Source: Asterionella formosa (lineage: Eukaryota). From it: 64,000 nt of DNA. The position numbers and the translations under genes are program-made. How positions within the stretch are numbered: position 1 is the stretch's first letter; each line of letters begins with the position of its first letter. Below, one piece after another: positions 23,360 to 35,083 of this stretch. Location: NCBI GenBank assembly GCA_002256025.1, contig NKIB01012145.1, forward strand, positions 1 through 64,000, given 5' to 3'. The notes beneath the pieces were generated by a model, which saw only the letters and a list, made by a program, of their open reading frames with translations, was not told the origin of the DNA and did not search any database.

Positions 23360-24686
23360 TAAAATAGCCTTGTGGGAGCCTCTTCTCCATGAGCCAGATA
23401 TATTTTCAACTTTTCTTTTGAAAAAAGGAACCATATTTTATTTAAAGTTAGTATGTTTCATAGCCCGTTTGTACTCCCCTATTTCTAGGCAAGTCTTTTA
23501 CATTGTGCTACCTTCCAACAAGACCTGGTGTGCTTCCCTAATTTTGTTAGCGTAGGTGAGTCCCCAACCACCTTTCGCGAAAGGTGATTGTCTTAGCCGC
23601 AGCATTAGGGGAACTCCGACCGCCTAGGAAGGCGGCACATGCTGCTTGTAGGGGGGCAACCCACTATTTCTTGCACACCAGGCAAGACCGTGCGGTACGG
23701 TAAGGAGTGTGGGAGTCGAACCCAACAATTGCTTCTCAAAAAATTGCAGGAGTCGAACCTCACAACCTTAGATCAAAGGCAACGTGCTAAACCACTAAGC
23801 CATTCCCTAAGGAACCACTTTTCATCAATGTGGACCTGGTTGTAGAAGCCATTGTAATATCCAAACAGTCCAGGATCGAAATCAACGTAAGGAGAATGAT
23901 TCTCTCTTGATCTTGATGGTTTAATTGTAATTGGTTAACACAGTACTACATAAAATGACGACTAATCTTACCTGCCTCCGAAAGCATTGGCTCGACTGCA
24001 CTTGTGTGTGGACGAATTACATTGTGCCTGTTATTGTTTGCAATCCAAAACCCTGTTGACTTGGGAAGGGTGAGAGCAGCTGCTAATTTACCATATGTAG
24101 AACGTTTGCGATATGCGATCAATTTAATCGCTTCAATTATTTGTTCACACGATTGTATTTGAGAAGACGGCCAGCACAGAATTTGCGGGAAATCGATGCA
24201 AACACATAAGTGTCACCATTGTAATAGGATTCGAATGCATGGTTCCATATACTCTGTATGGTTGTTTTATCTACTTTGAACTGTCCCACTAAAAATTTAA
24301 CGGTTCCATGCAATAAAACAACCCAACCATCTATTTCGTCCCCTTCATCAGGTCCTTTTTGGAGGTTCTGTAAATCATAATCCAACACAAGTTGACGCTC
24401 TTGTGGTGTAAGATCCTTTCTCCTCTGCTTGTTGAGAAGAGGCGGTAGCAAGAAAAAAGGGGGGTCAGGCATCTGCATCTTGCTCAAGATGCGCAAAAGT
24501 GGAAGTCGAAAAAGTCGAAAAACGTTTTTATCAAATGTAGTTGCTAATTTTAATCTTTCTTTATACATTGCACACATGGATCTGTAGCTTAGAGCAACCC
24601 GCAAAATAGGGTAATTGAGCATAAAGAAAATTGTAGAAGGTCAAAATGGCTCCGGATAAATTTGAAAAATCGATGCTAGGGAGGAG
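23360..24686 (-). mobile_element. Truncated Tc1/mariner (plant-type DD39D-like) transposon remnant, interrupted by a SINE
   Basis: Minus-strand fragments: HTH 'LHGTVKFLVGQFKVDKTTIQSIW', 'RSTYGKLAAALTLPKST', 'IRPHTSAVEPMLS' and the first catalytic-Asp motif 'QVHIDEKWF' (about 23812-23850). The frame continues after the SINE as 'LFSKEKLKIYLAHGEEAPTR'. Stowaway-like terminus TA|CTCCTCCC at 24688-24679. Confidence 0.85.
23434..23808 (-). mobile_element. Full-length tRNA-derived SINE, copy 1 (375 bp)
   Basis: Minus strand: A-box TGGCTTAGTGG (23792-23802), B-box GGTTCGACTCC twice (23749-23759 and 23712-23722), A/T-rich 3' tail. 9-bp TSD AAGGAACCA at 23425-23433 and 23809-23817. Homologous copy at 58426-58686. 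Confidence 0.88.
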
Positions 24687-25913
24687 TACCAGTCACTCGG
24701 AGTACAGCTGGCAACTAGTACCTGGTATCACTTCCCTGGTACTATGTACCTGGGTATCCCTACTGCACGGAAGCTTGGTATGCTTACTGTACGTGGATGT
24801 TGTGGATGTGGCAGACGATCAGCAGCGATTCGCTGGTGCAATGAAGTGGATTGCATTACGTAGGTATGCACAGTCGAAATTACTATGACAAAAACACAAG
24901 GTGATACCTTGCTCAATACATTTATCCGACCGGCCCTAAAATGTACTAACGAGCCTGGATGGTTTACTATCTAGATACCAAGGAGGCCAATCACAGTGAA
25001 ATTATTGATTTCTGTATCACAATTTCGCTGTATCAATAACAGTGACAAAACGAAGAGCCGGCAACTAGCGATATACCGTAGTCCAATAGTGCAACACAGT
25101 AGTGCGTAGTTTTGCGAGTACGAATGACAATCACGTAGCGTATTAAATCCGTAGCGGAAGATCTTCTTCAACGAGAAGGAACCAGTAGTGGTGTTGTGGT
25201 CTCTAAAAACATTCGTGGACAGTTGATCTTTCACTGTAGAGTATTGCCGTATGCAGCCAAAATAGGGTTGTTGAAATGAAAACGATTCACGACGAAAAAT
25301 AAAACGCCGATGATGATGTGTTGCGAACGAAAGGAAAGCAATCTTTGAATGCAAAAAAACCCTTTTGAAAGAAATAATTCAATACAATTGTCTACTACTG
25401 CTGTGTAGTGTAGTATGTAGCTATACTACAGATGTAGCAGACAAATGAAGAGCGACGACAATCGATGTAAAACACAAGTGAAGCGAATTAGATTTTTCAA
25501 TTGACGCCAGTGGCAGAATCGAATTAACTATCAATTATTTTGTTCCTTTCAAGGAAACAGCTTGAGCTCATGACATGTTGTGAAAGAGGGAATGATAGCA
25601 AATGACGACGAGGACAAAGAAGGAGGAGGAGAGAAGTGTGAGTCAATTAAAAAACCTGAGAAGCTCAATATGAGTTTGGAACAAGAGGGTATGTTAAAAA
25701 ATTGATTAGAGCTTATTTAAATTAGAATATGTAGATAGAGAGAGTAGAGAAGAACATGAGACAGATGTTCACAGACAAACAGACAGACAGATGAATCAAT
25801 GTCATGATAAGACAGTGATTCATAACACTAAATCAGTTGCTCCGGTTGTGATATGACCAGAAATGCATAGGTTTCAGTATTGTTCTTGCTGAAATTTTCA
25901 AAACATAGGATAG

Positions 25914-26381
25914 ATACTGACAGCATCTTCCTCATCAGGGACTTTGTTGTAAATGAACTTCATTTAAGACATCTCAATTTAAGACAACTGTCACTTGTGA
26001 CGAATTTGTCATAAATGAAAATCTGAAATTTCCTCAGATTTCCTTGGTGACCACTTGTAGTATCGTATACCATTAACATTATATAGTCAGAGTATGATTA
26101 TATAGTAGCTAGTAGTATAGAACTCTAGCTAGCTCTAGAGACCCTTTACAAAAAATAGCAGCAGCCAACAAGCTGCTGCAATGACACACCATTTGTTCAA
26201 TGCAAGCAAGCAAGAGTTGTCCCAGCCTAATCCAGAGTAGTTTACTTTTTGCTGAAGGCACTACTAGCTAAAAAGGGGGCTCTGGTGATGTGACCGTTGG
26301 TTGTGGTACTAATGTGCTATATGCTGAAAATGACAAAACATTAGCTTTATACTGACAGCATCTTCGCATCTGGGACTTTGT
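25914..26381. repeat. Pair of short diverged direct repeats (possible MITE termini)
   Basis: atactgacagcatcttcctcatcagggactttgt (25914-25947) versus atactgacagcatcttcgcatctgggactttgt (26349-26381). Confidence 0.6.
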
Positions 26382-27912
26382 CATATTCATTTATTACAAA
26401 TCAACTTACGAAAAAGTTCAATTACAACAATTTTGTCGTATATTTGATTCAGATTTTTAAGATGCCCTGAGTGCTTGCTTGCTTGGTGACTGCCTGCCTC
26501 TTGTCTTGTAAATGTATGATTGACGGAAATTCAAGTACATATATAATATAGATATATGAATATTTTAGCTGGAAGGTCCGGTAAAACACTGTTTTAACTT
26601 AGGAACAGATTAAGCTAAATATCTCGATTACTTGACCTTCCTGGGGATGAAGTGCCAGAACCTAAAAACTACTCCCAGTAGATCTACAGTACTTTAAGTT
26701 TCATCAAAATGACTGTTACTTGCCCACCTAAAACTGGTTGTACAGAAAAGAAATATGTATAAAATTGATTTTGATCAAATTAATGAAAATAAATAGGCAG
26801 ATGCGGAATGGTTACATATTTTTGTTTCGAATCAAATTCGTCACTGGAATTTGAATTTGCATGCCTGTCCTGCACCACGCTATCAGTTTTAGCAAAATGC
26901 CCGGTAGACAGTTGTGTAGGTTGTTCGACTGGAGCTAAATGTTTAGCCATCTTCATCCAGAGGTGAAATGTCTACCCTGTATTTAGGAAAATGACCGCAA
27001 CTTGCTGGTACCTGGTACCAGGAGAGCTTGGATAATAGTCTACAGCAACAGACAGTAAACCTCGTTGAGTACCGGTACCCGGTACCATGTACCAGGTACC
27101 ATATTAATCACATGATCATACCGGTAACTGAAATTTGGTCCATACCACGTTTTAATACATCGCCCTTCATGGAACAATGTCGTCATTCTTTACGAACGCT
27201 AATCCTGTGTCGATAATTTTGGCTTCCGTTGATTGTCAAATTACATAGAGTTACCCTTCGTTTATATACAGTACGTCATTCGAAGTTAAAATTCTGGGTT
27301 CTCGATGAAGTTATATATTTTGATTATGATCGCTGGAATACATTTGATGGGTCGCTCCTCTTGACACCTACCAGATGGCGACTGCAATAATCTATTGCAG
27401 CGCGGACGTGGGATTCGACCAACTTTGTGTATGAAGGAAGTATGTTTATCATGAGACGTAAACATATTAGGGAACGACATGTGTACTGTGGACCTGGTAG
27501 TGAATATTAAGCATGCATATGAAAGCAACCTGTAAAAGTTGATCACGACAGAGTCCATAGGAGGATAAAGACCAGGTTAACATACCGGTATGTAGAAGTC
27601 AACGGAGTTGATACGAGCTGCTATATTTCATTTAGCCTCAGGTTCCATATTTTCAATTTGTGTTTTATTGGTCACTTTCCATCTTCTCAAAGCACAACCA
27701 CGAGATTGGAAAGCTCAAAGAAGACAGCTTTCCCTTCCTTTTTTGTCTGTCGTTGCATTCAATACTGGATACATCTAAATATATCATATTCGCCCTTAAC
27801 AGACTCCAGCATTTCTTGAACCATTCCCGTCCGACAATTTACCTTCCATTGCTCGCATAGCGCCCCGTGTCCAGCACCACAGTCGACTGTTGTTCCTGAA
27901 CGCATTCATCTA

Positions 27913-30900
27913 ATGGTAACTGATCTAAACTCAAGTACAATGGCAACACGTGTGGTGACGCCTGCACATACTCACGGCGACAACGGACGAAAGGTTTCTG
28001 ATGACGGTACGCCGGATCACTCAAAGCATGCTGATATCAATGAGTCGCATGTTCAAGGTTCGGGAAGGCAATCAAGGATTGTTGAGAACACAATGAAACA
28101 ATCTACGCCTCTTGACAATGACGCAATGGGGGCATTTATGAGTAGCATGATGACTCAAAAAGGGGTTGATATGTGGAGTTCGCTTGCTGAGCGAGCAGGA
28201 ACTTTGGCGTCGATAAATTGGCTTGCCAGCCATGTGCCGGCATGCGTCCTGGCTCAAATCAACGAAGAAACTCAACTCTTTGATGATCAGGAACGAAACT
28301 CAGAAAACTCCTCGAGCTGCTCCAGTAGCATCGATTATCCCAGTGAATTCATCGATGGTGGCGATGAGGCATCGGTTAGTGATCTTTCGTACTCGGATCA
28401 TTCTGAATTCACATCTGTGGATGCATCAACTTTCTCAGACGATTCGTCAATATCTTCCGATGGATCATCGTTTTCTGGGTCGGAAGATTTGGAATATCCC
28501 GAGGCGATCGGGATGGACTTCGACGCTCCCGAGGACGAAAGTAACTCACATTCTTCGTCACACAAATCCCCTCACAAATCTTCCCAGAAAAGTGATCGAT
28601 CTACTACTTCATATCGAACGTCCAATGCATCAAGTAAATCAAGTGGCAAACTTTCTTTGTCGTCAATATCACGTAAATGCGAACCTCCAAAAGCATCACC
28701 ATCGCAAGAACCCATCACTTTCTATACGAAGAAGTGGAAGTCCATGTTAGATTTTTCGCTGGTTTCACCAGCCCAAGTGACATGTAAGCAGAGCAGCGAA
28801 TATAGAAGAAGTGCAAGGGGCTTAACATCCATTTCCGCAATGGGCGAATGCGATGATTCCTTCAGGACGACGCCAATTTTATATGATCTCGGTAGGGTTG
28901 TCACAATTCATGGACAGGTAGCCCAATTCAATGATAATCAATTGTTGCCACGGTCCCAACATGAGCTACTTAACACTGAAAGAAAAGTTGATTTGTCCGG
29001 TCAATGTGAATCATTAAATATAATGGAGCAGGAACGAAGAGAACCTCTAAATGACCAGCTCAAAATGAATTTTGTTAGTGCTGGCGATCAATCATCTCAG
29101 GTTCGATCGCTACAATCGCGGAAATCCTGTCGATCTTCGGAATCTGTTAATTTCTTCCCTGGTCAGCTCGAGCTTCCTTTTGGGTCAAGACACGTCAGTG
29201 CACTTTTGTTCATTGATATTTCTGGCTTCACTAAATTGTCTACAATCCTTGACCCGGAGAGTCTATCTAAGGCAATCAACGCGTACTTTCATAATATCGT
29301 TGATTTGGTTATTTCGCATGGAGGCGATGTTTTGAAATTTGCAGGCGATGCTGTTTTTGCGGAATGGAAGACAACCACAAGCACTCCGCAAGGTGCCAAG
29401 GAGTTGAAACTGACGATTGACCTTTGCGTTTGTGCAGCTGCTACATGTGCTGCTGCAATTGTCGCTCAATGTTCAGATTTTCCTGTCTCGAGCGACGGAT
29501 CTGACAACGTTAAACAAGCTGCAACGCTAAATGTGCATTGTGGTCTCGGTGTTGGCGAGATTGTCGGCCTACACCTTGGCGATCACGAGCATCGCCGAGA
29601 ATACATCATTTTGGGCGATCCGATTGATCAAGTTGCAGAGGCCGAGGGTGCTGCTGAACTTGGAGAAGTTGCTGCATCGCCAAAGTTCCTTGCAATTTTG
29701 GCGAAAACCTGCTCTATGGAGGGAAAGCTTGCATCATTAGCGACTTTCAAGGAGCCAGTAGTAATCGCACAGCGTGAAGTCGCCCATTTTGCAGTCGACT
29801 CAAGCCATCGTCAATCCATTCAATCATGCTTTGACAGACGGGCGAATCGAGAAGTATCTAGGTACACAGAGGGCTGGAAAGGTGTTGTTCTCGAAAAATA
29901 TCGGAAGCTGCTTTCACTTTACGCCCATCCGGTTGTAGTTGCAAACGATTTGGCAGCTTTGCAAAATCCCGTGCTTAAGTGCACTGTAGAGGAACGGCAG
30001 CGAGAGGAAGCTGAACTGAGAAACGTTTACGTTATGTTCATAAATCCGTTAATTTCTGTCATCGTGACAGGTGAACGTGCTGTAGATCAGGCTACATTCA
30101 AAAGATTAAACAATATCTTGAATATCACAACAAGAGAATTGAATCGATTTTCGGGTCATCTTCGTCAATTCATTGTTGATGATAAAGGTAAGTGCCAATA
30201 AGTTCAATGCTCGATTATTTTCTTGAACTTGACTCATATAGTTGGTTGCTTTCAGGCGTTGTTTTGATTGCAACATTTGGGCTTCGCGGATCGACTTTTC
30301 CAAGCATGTAAGTGAACTGCGCTCTCATAGACAAAAGCAAAATGATAGGACAACTACGTCTCACGTAACACTGTTCTTTTCCTTTCGAAAAGGGTCCCTG
30401 AACATGCACTGCCTGCTACTATCTCCATCCATCGAGCGCTCCAGTCCGAGCTTGGAGTGGAAAGTAGAATAGGGGCGACTGTGGGAACGACATATTGCGG
30501 TGTTGTGGGGGGCGTGATGCGCCATGAGTATGCTGTTCTTGGGCCATCAGTAAACCTAGCTGCTCGCCTGATGGCTTGTAAAGGCAACCGAGGTATCCTT
30601 GTGGACGAAAATGTTCGATCTTTAGCGAGCGATAAGTTCGGCTTTGAAGCCCTTTCTCCGGTCGTTGCCAAAGGCTATATTGACCCAGTTCCCATTTATG
30701 AACCTCTGAATCCTTCAGAAAGAGGTTGGAGCAGGCCGAAAATTAATTTTGTTGGCCGATGTGAGGAGATGGCTAAATTGATTGATGTAGCTCGCACCAT
30801 GGCATTGGCTCCATCCCCAACAAGAATGGTGGTTTTTACCGGTGAAAGTGGCATGGGGAAGGTACGTTTTGCTCGTTTGTTGACAAGCACTATGTGTCTA

Positions 30901-33882
30901 TTCTATAGACGAGGCAGCTCACGCTTATCCTTCAAAGTCGACCCTACTGGTGCATTCCGTAGGAAAAATTAAATCAATCATGCAATCGAGTAGAAGACAC
31001 TTGATCGTAACAAAGTATGTGAGCAAGGATTGTGATCAACTTATTCCATTTAGGTAAGTCCGATTATGATGTTGATGCTCATCAATGACTCATCTCAATT
31101 TCTAACTGCGTTCTACTCGGCCAGCATGTTTGCTTCTCTCCTGATTGATGTACTTGGATACTTTGAACGATGGTCCGAGGACAAGTCAATCTCCTCGCAA
31201 GGGTGCATGCCGTTTTTAAACGACAGGTCGAGTAAAAACTTGTCGTATTCTCAGATGAATGAGTCGTTTAACTCATCAAAAGAGGTCTTTCCATTGATCG
31301 AGACACATCATATTGTCGCTAATCGCCTTCGTGCTGTGTGTCACGACATGGATGCACCGCCCGAGTTTGCAGAAATCATGGGAGAGCACATTGTAGTTCC
31401 GGGTCAATTTGTAAACTCCCAAGTGAACAAAAAGTCGGGAACAAAGTCTTCACTTGTGTCTTTTATGGCCGAAGCGTTCATAAGATGTACTAATACCGCT
31501 GATTTGGTTCTGATCGCTCTGGATGACGTTCACAACACTGACGAGCTGTCATGGAAAGTTCTACAAGTTCTATTCGCAACAGGAACGAACATTTTGATAT
31601 TTTGTGCCTCTAGGCGGATCCCCGTGCACAATCTTACCATGAGCGATGACTTCTGGCGAAAGCTGAACGATCAATACCGTCAAACCGAACGATTCGTGAC
31701 ATTTATTTTGGAACCATTAAGTAGAGAGGAAGTCTTGCGAATGATTGCAATCACCATTAACCTACGCGAAGTGGATGTCGCACCCGAGCTCCTTCATGAC
31801 GTTTATTCGCAATCTGCCGGAATGCCTCAGTTCGTAAACGAGCTCTTGGAAATTTTGAAAAAGCGCCAAGCCCTCGATAAGAACAATGAGGTGGGACAAA
31901 ATCGTCGGGGACGACGGATGAGTGTGGACAACGTTTGCAAGGTGAATCACTAATTCCAATTCGTTCGTGGTATCAGTTATCATCAACTTTCTCACCCATC
32001 TTCTTATTATTGAAACTGTTAAGATGACTGTTTACACCTCATTTGACCAACTCATCCTACACCGCATTGATTCCCTTGATGCTGGCGTGCGAAACATTTT
32101 AAACCTGGGTGCAGTTCTTGGGTCCACTTTTGAACTTATCGAGGTTGTCGAAGTATTTCGACAATTGCACGTTGAGTCAAGCGCAACAGCACAAGTCAAA
32201 CAAACCAAGGAAGCGTTGCGTGTAGCCGTGAAAGAAGGCATTTTGGATATCTTTTACTTCGCAGGTGAAAACCGTCAATCTCGTTTGCCACGAACTCCGT
32301 CACAAAGCGCTTTTGATAGTGGATGCAATGAATTGCCATCACGAGATTTAGATCCAGTTGAATGTATCACATACTCTTTCTGTCATGATATCTGGCGTTC
32401 GACAATTTTGAAATTGATGCTTAGCTCGAGGCGACGCGACGTTCACCGGATCATCGCCGAGACTCTCGAATATCGACAACATGAAAATACTAAGAATTAT
32501 TTCTCGAAGATGAAACTATTCAGGCATTGGCGTGATAGTGGTGTATTTGAAAAGACCGCTGAGCTTGCCCTTTCGATCGGGACACGGTTTGAAGATTTGG
32601 GTCTTAACACTCACAGAATCCGGTTGGCAGAAGAGGCAATGGCTATGTTAGGAGCATCAGATAATCCGAAGAAGGAAGCAAATAGAGGTGAGTCAAATAC
32701 TTGTCATAATTTTTGTAATTTTCATCAAAACATGCTCAATTATCTGTTCCTTCAGTTCTTCCCCCTCAAGTTCTTCGTTCTGCCACTGTCAACGAGGTGC
32801 AGTACATGATCAAGCTAGAAATTTCGATGGGCAAGGCCCATGCCAATATTCATAATGCTGCTGAGAGTGTCATGGCGTACCAGTCAGCGTTGAAAATTCT
32901 TCAGGAAGCGTTGGTTGCGGATGAGATGGAAGATAGGTCCATTGTCTTCCCTATATTCAGTGGCCTTTTCATAGCTCTTAAGCTCGGCATGATCAAACAA
33001 GACGCAGATTGTTTATTTGAAAAGAACCTGGTAGCTCGATTTGTTCGAGAGACCAAAACGCATGGTGACTCTGTTCACTATTTGCGGGCTCTAGCGATGG
33101 AAGCAGAGACCTTTGGCCGCCTTGGAGAGTTTGACAGAGCGTTCCAGACCAAAAAAGAAATACAGCTTATGTACAATCCAGAGGAGCATTCACAAGCTAT
33201 TTCTCAGATTTATGGAAGCGATCGCACAGCTCAGGCGATTGGCTTGAGTTCAGTGTGGTACTATCAAACTGGTGATATCACAGATGCACTCCGGAACTGT
33301 GATCTTGTAATCAATCAACTTTTGCCCAAAATGGACTTACGAAATGTTCACAATTCATTTGTTTTGATTTTACCGTCACTGTGGGTAATGAAAGAATCAG
33401 ATTTGGCACACGAAAGCGGATTCAATTTTAGCAAATACGTGGTGGAGCCTTTTCACCTTAACTATCCTGAAGGAGCATTTACATATTTCCTCCCATTGTA
33501 CAGGCCAATCATGATACTATTTGACCTTGCCTGTTACAGCAAAAATGAAGGCGAGCGCCCCATTGACTTTAATGTCTATTTGGAGTGGGCTCTTAACAAC
33601 GAAAACTTACGCCCGCCTGAGATCATGAACTCAATGGGTAACTTAGGGCGATTACCAGGATCGATTTCGGGCGAAATTTGTCTTTTACTGGCTGAAAAGC
33701 TAGAAAATGGGTTCGATCGAACGACGTTGGTAAGGAATGGTCTCGCAGTCGCTAGCGAGGCATTGACTCATGCGGTAGAAAAGGGTATGACTGTGGCAGA
33801 GACATTCGCTCGACCGATTTTTTTTAAACTTACGGAGATGGCCGCCCTATGTCACAATGAAAAGATTTCGTTGTCGTGCTGA
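27913..33882 (+). CDS. Soluble adenylate/guanylate cyclase (ADCY10-like): two class III cyclase domains + STAND/AAA ATPase + helical/TPR region; 7 exons
   Basis: Motifs 'LLFIDISGFT', 'KFAGDA', 'FIVDDKG', 'EYAVLGPSVNLAARLM', Walker A GESGMGK|S and 'LDDVH'. Six GT-AG introns restore one reading frame: 30188-30255, 30308-30392, 30862-30937, 31054-31124, 31942-32023, 32688-32755. Confidence 0.88.
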
Positions 33883-34114
33883 TGCAAAGACTTGTAAAGC
33901 CATTTCTTTCTTTTAATTACAGCATGTTTATTAATGCGTTAAATTAAATTGTGCATTGCTATCCTTGTCTCTCATGCAAAAGCCAGGGTGTTAAGTTCCT
34001 GGTTCTCAAGTGGAATAGTAATATATTCCCTCGCAATCACTAACAGATTAGAGGTTGGATCAAGGTCGCTCAGGTTATTTCAAGTGGTGGAGTGGTACGA
34101 ATTAGCTGAGATTG

Positions 34115-35083
34115 CTACGAAACCGCCAGCTCGCTCATAGCCGTGACGTCCATTCCGCCACTATCCTTCACACGCCCAACCAGTCTAGACCATCGGCCAA
34201 CATCAAAGCCATAGCTCTCCATGCTCCCTTCTGTTTCATCTGCAGACATCTCTGCGTAGTGTGCATCCAACCATTCTACGTGTTCATTGTAGGCTGCTTT
34301 GAGTGAATCAACTTCCCACGGTCGAATTCCAGATAAGCACAACAGGCCGCCTGGTGCGATATTCGTTATAATGGCTGAGACCATCGATGGTCGGACTAGC
34401 TGACCGATTAGGATGTTTGCAACGCACAGGTCGACACCAGAAGGCCTACACAGACAAAACGGAATGACTTCACGTGTATGGAGCCCTTCAAAACGATCCT
34501 CGAATCCATTCAATGCCACATTTCGTTCCGCCGTGATAAGAGCTTCTGCTTCAATGTCAACTGCAACTGTCCTGGAAGCCCCCATGTGCAGGGAAGCAAT
34601 TGATAAAATGCCTGATCCACATCCATAGTCTAGCAATAATTCGCCACCGTGTATCACGTCGTCTCGACATATCCACTCCAGACAGAGTCTTGTTGTTGGG
34701 TGCACCCCAGTTCCCCATCCGTTACGGCCAACCAATAATCTAATTTGATGCTTCGTGTCGGCGTCATCGTGAAAGGTTGAGTCTGCTGCCATGATTCGAA
34801 CTTTGTTTATGCAAATCCCTTCTAGCGGAAGGGTGTCGTTCTCTCCAGCTTTCGAAGCAGAAGCCGAGGTGATGCTTCCACCCTCCTCAAGACCTTCGAT
34901 CACCCAGTCGGTGAGACCACTTTTTCCTGGCACGACATCGCGTGATATCCTTGGACTGGCCTCCAAGTTGCACTTAGCGATTCTTGGTTGAAGAAAAGCG
35001 TGGATATGGGCATCATCTAGGAAAACCCCGAGTGACAACATCCCCCAAAGGTTGGGCCTCATTCGACTGCTGAAGATCTTCAT
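34115..35083 (-). CDS. prmA: Ribosomal protein L11 methyltransferase (PrmA)-like protein
   Basis: Motifs 'GWGTGVHPTTRLCLEW', 'LDYGCGSGILSIA', 'VANIL' and 'LCLSGI'. The N-terminal extension may be an organelle-targeting sequence. Confidence 0.85.
   Translation of the reverse strand: MKIFSSRMRPNLWGMLSLGVFLDDAHIHAFLQPRIAKCNLEASPRISRDVVPGKSGLTDWVIEGLEEGGSITSASASKAGENDTLPLEGICINKVRIMAADSTFHDDADTKHQIRLLVGRNGWGTGVHPTTRLCLEWICRDDVIHGGELLLDYGCGSGILSIASLHMGASRTVAVDIEAEALITAERNVALNGFEDRFEGLHTREVIPFCLCRPSGVDLCVANILIGQLVRPSMVSAIITNIAPGGLLCLSGIRPWEVDSLKAAYNEHVEWLDAHYAEMSADETEGSMESYGFDVGRWSRLVGRVKDSGGMDVTAMSELAVS

Noticed and set aside
23590..23670. Group II intron domain V/VI, or an HDV, twister or hammerhead ribozyme
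   Set aside because: Superficial similarity only (AGCCG...GCAC...GGGGGG; pseudoknot order). Stem lengths do not fit domain V, and there is no P3/L3 for HDV, no CUGANGA core and no twister P4.
23700..23808. Functional tRNA gene
   Set aside because: A and B boxes are present, but there is no complete cloverleaf (poor acceptor and anticodon stems) and the B-box is duplicated. It is embedded in a TSD-flanked repeat, so it is a SINE head.
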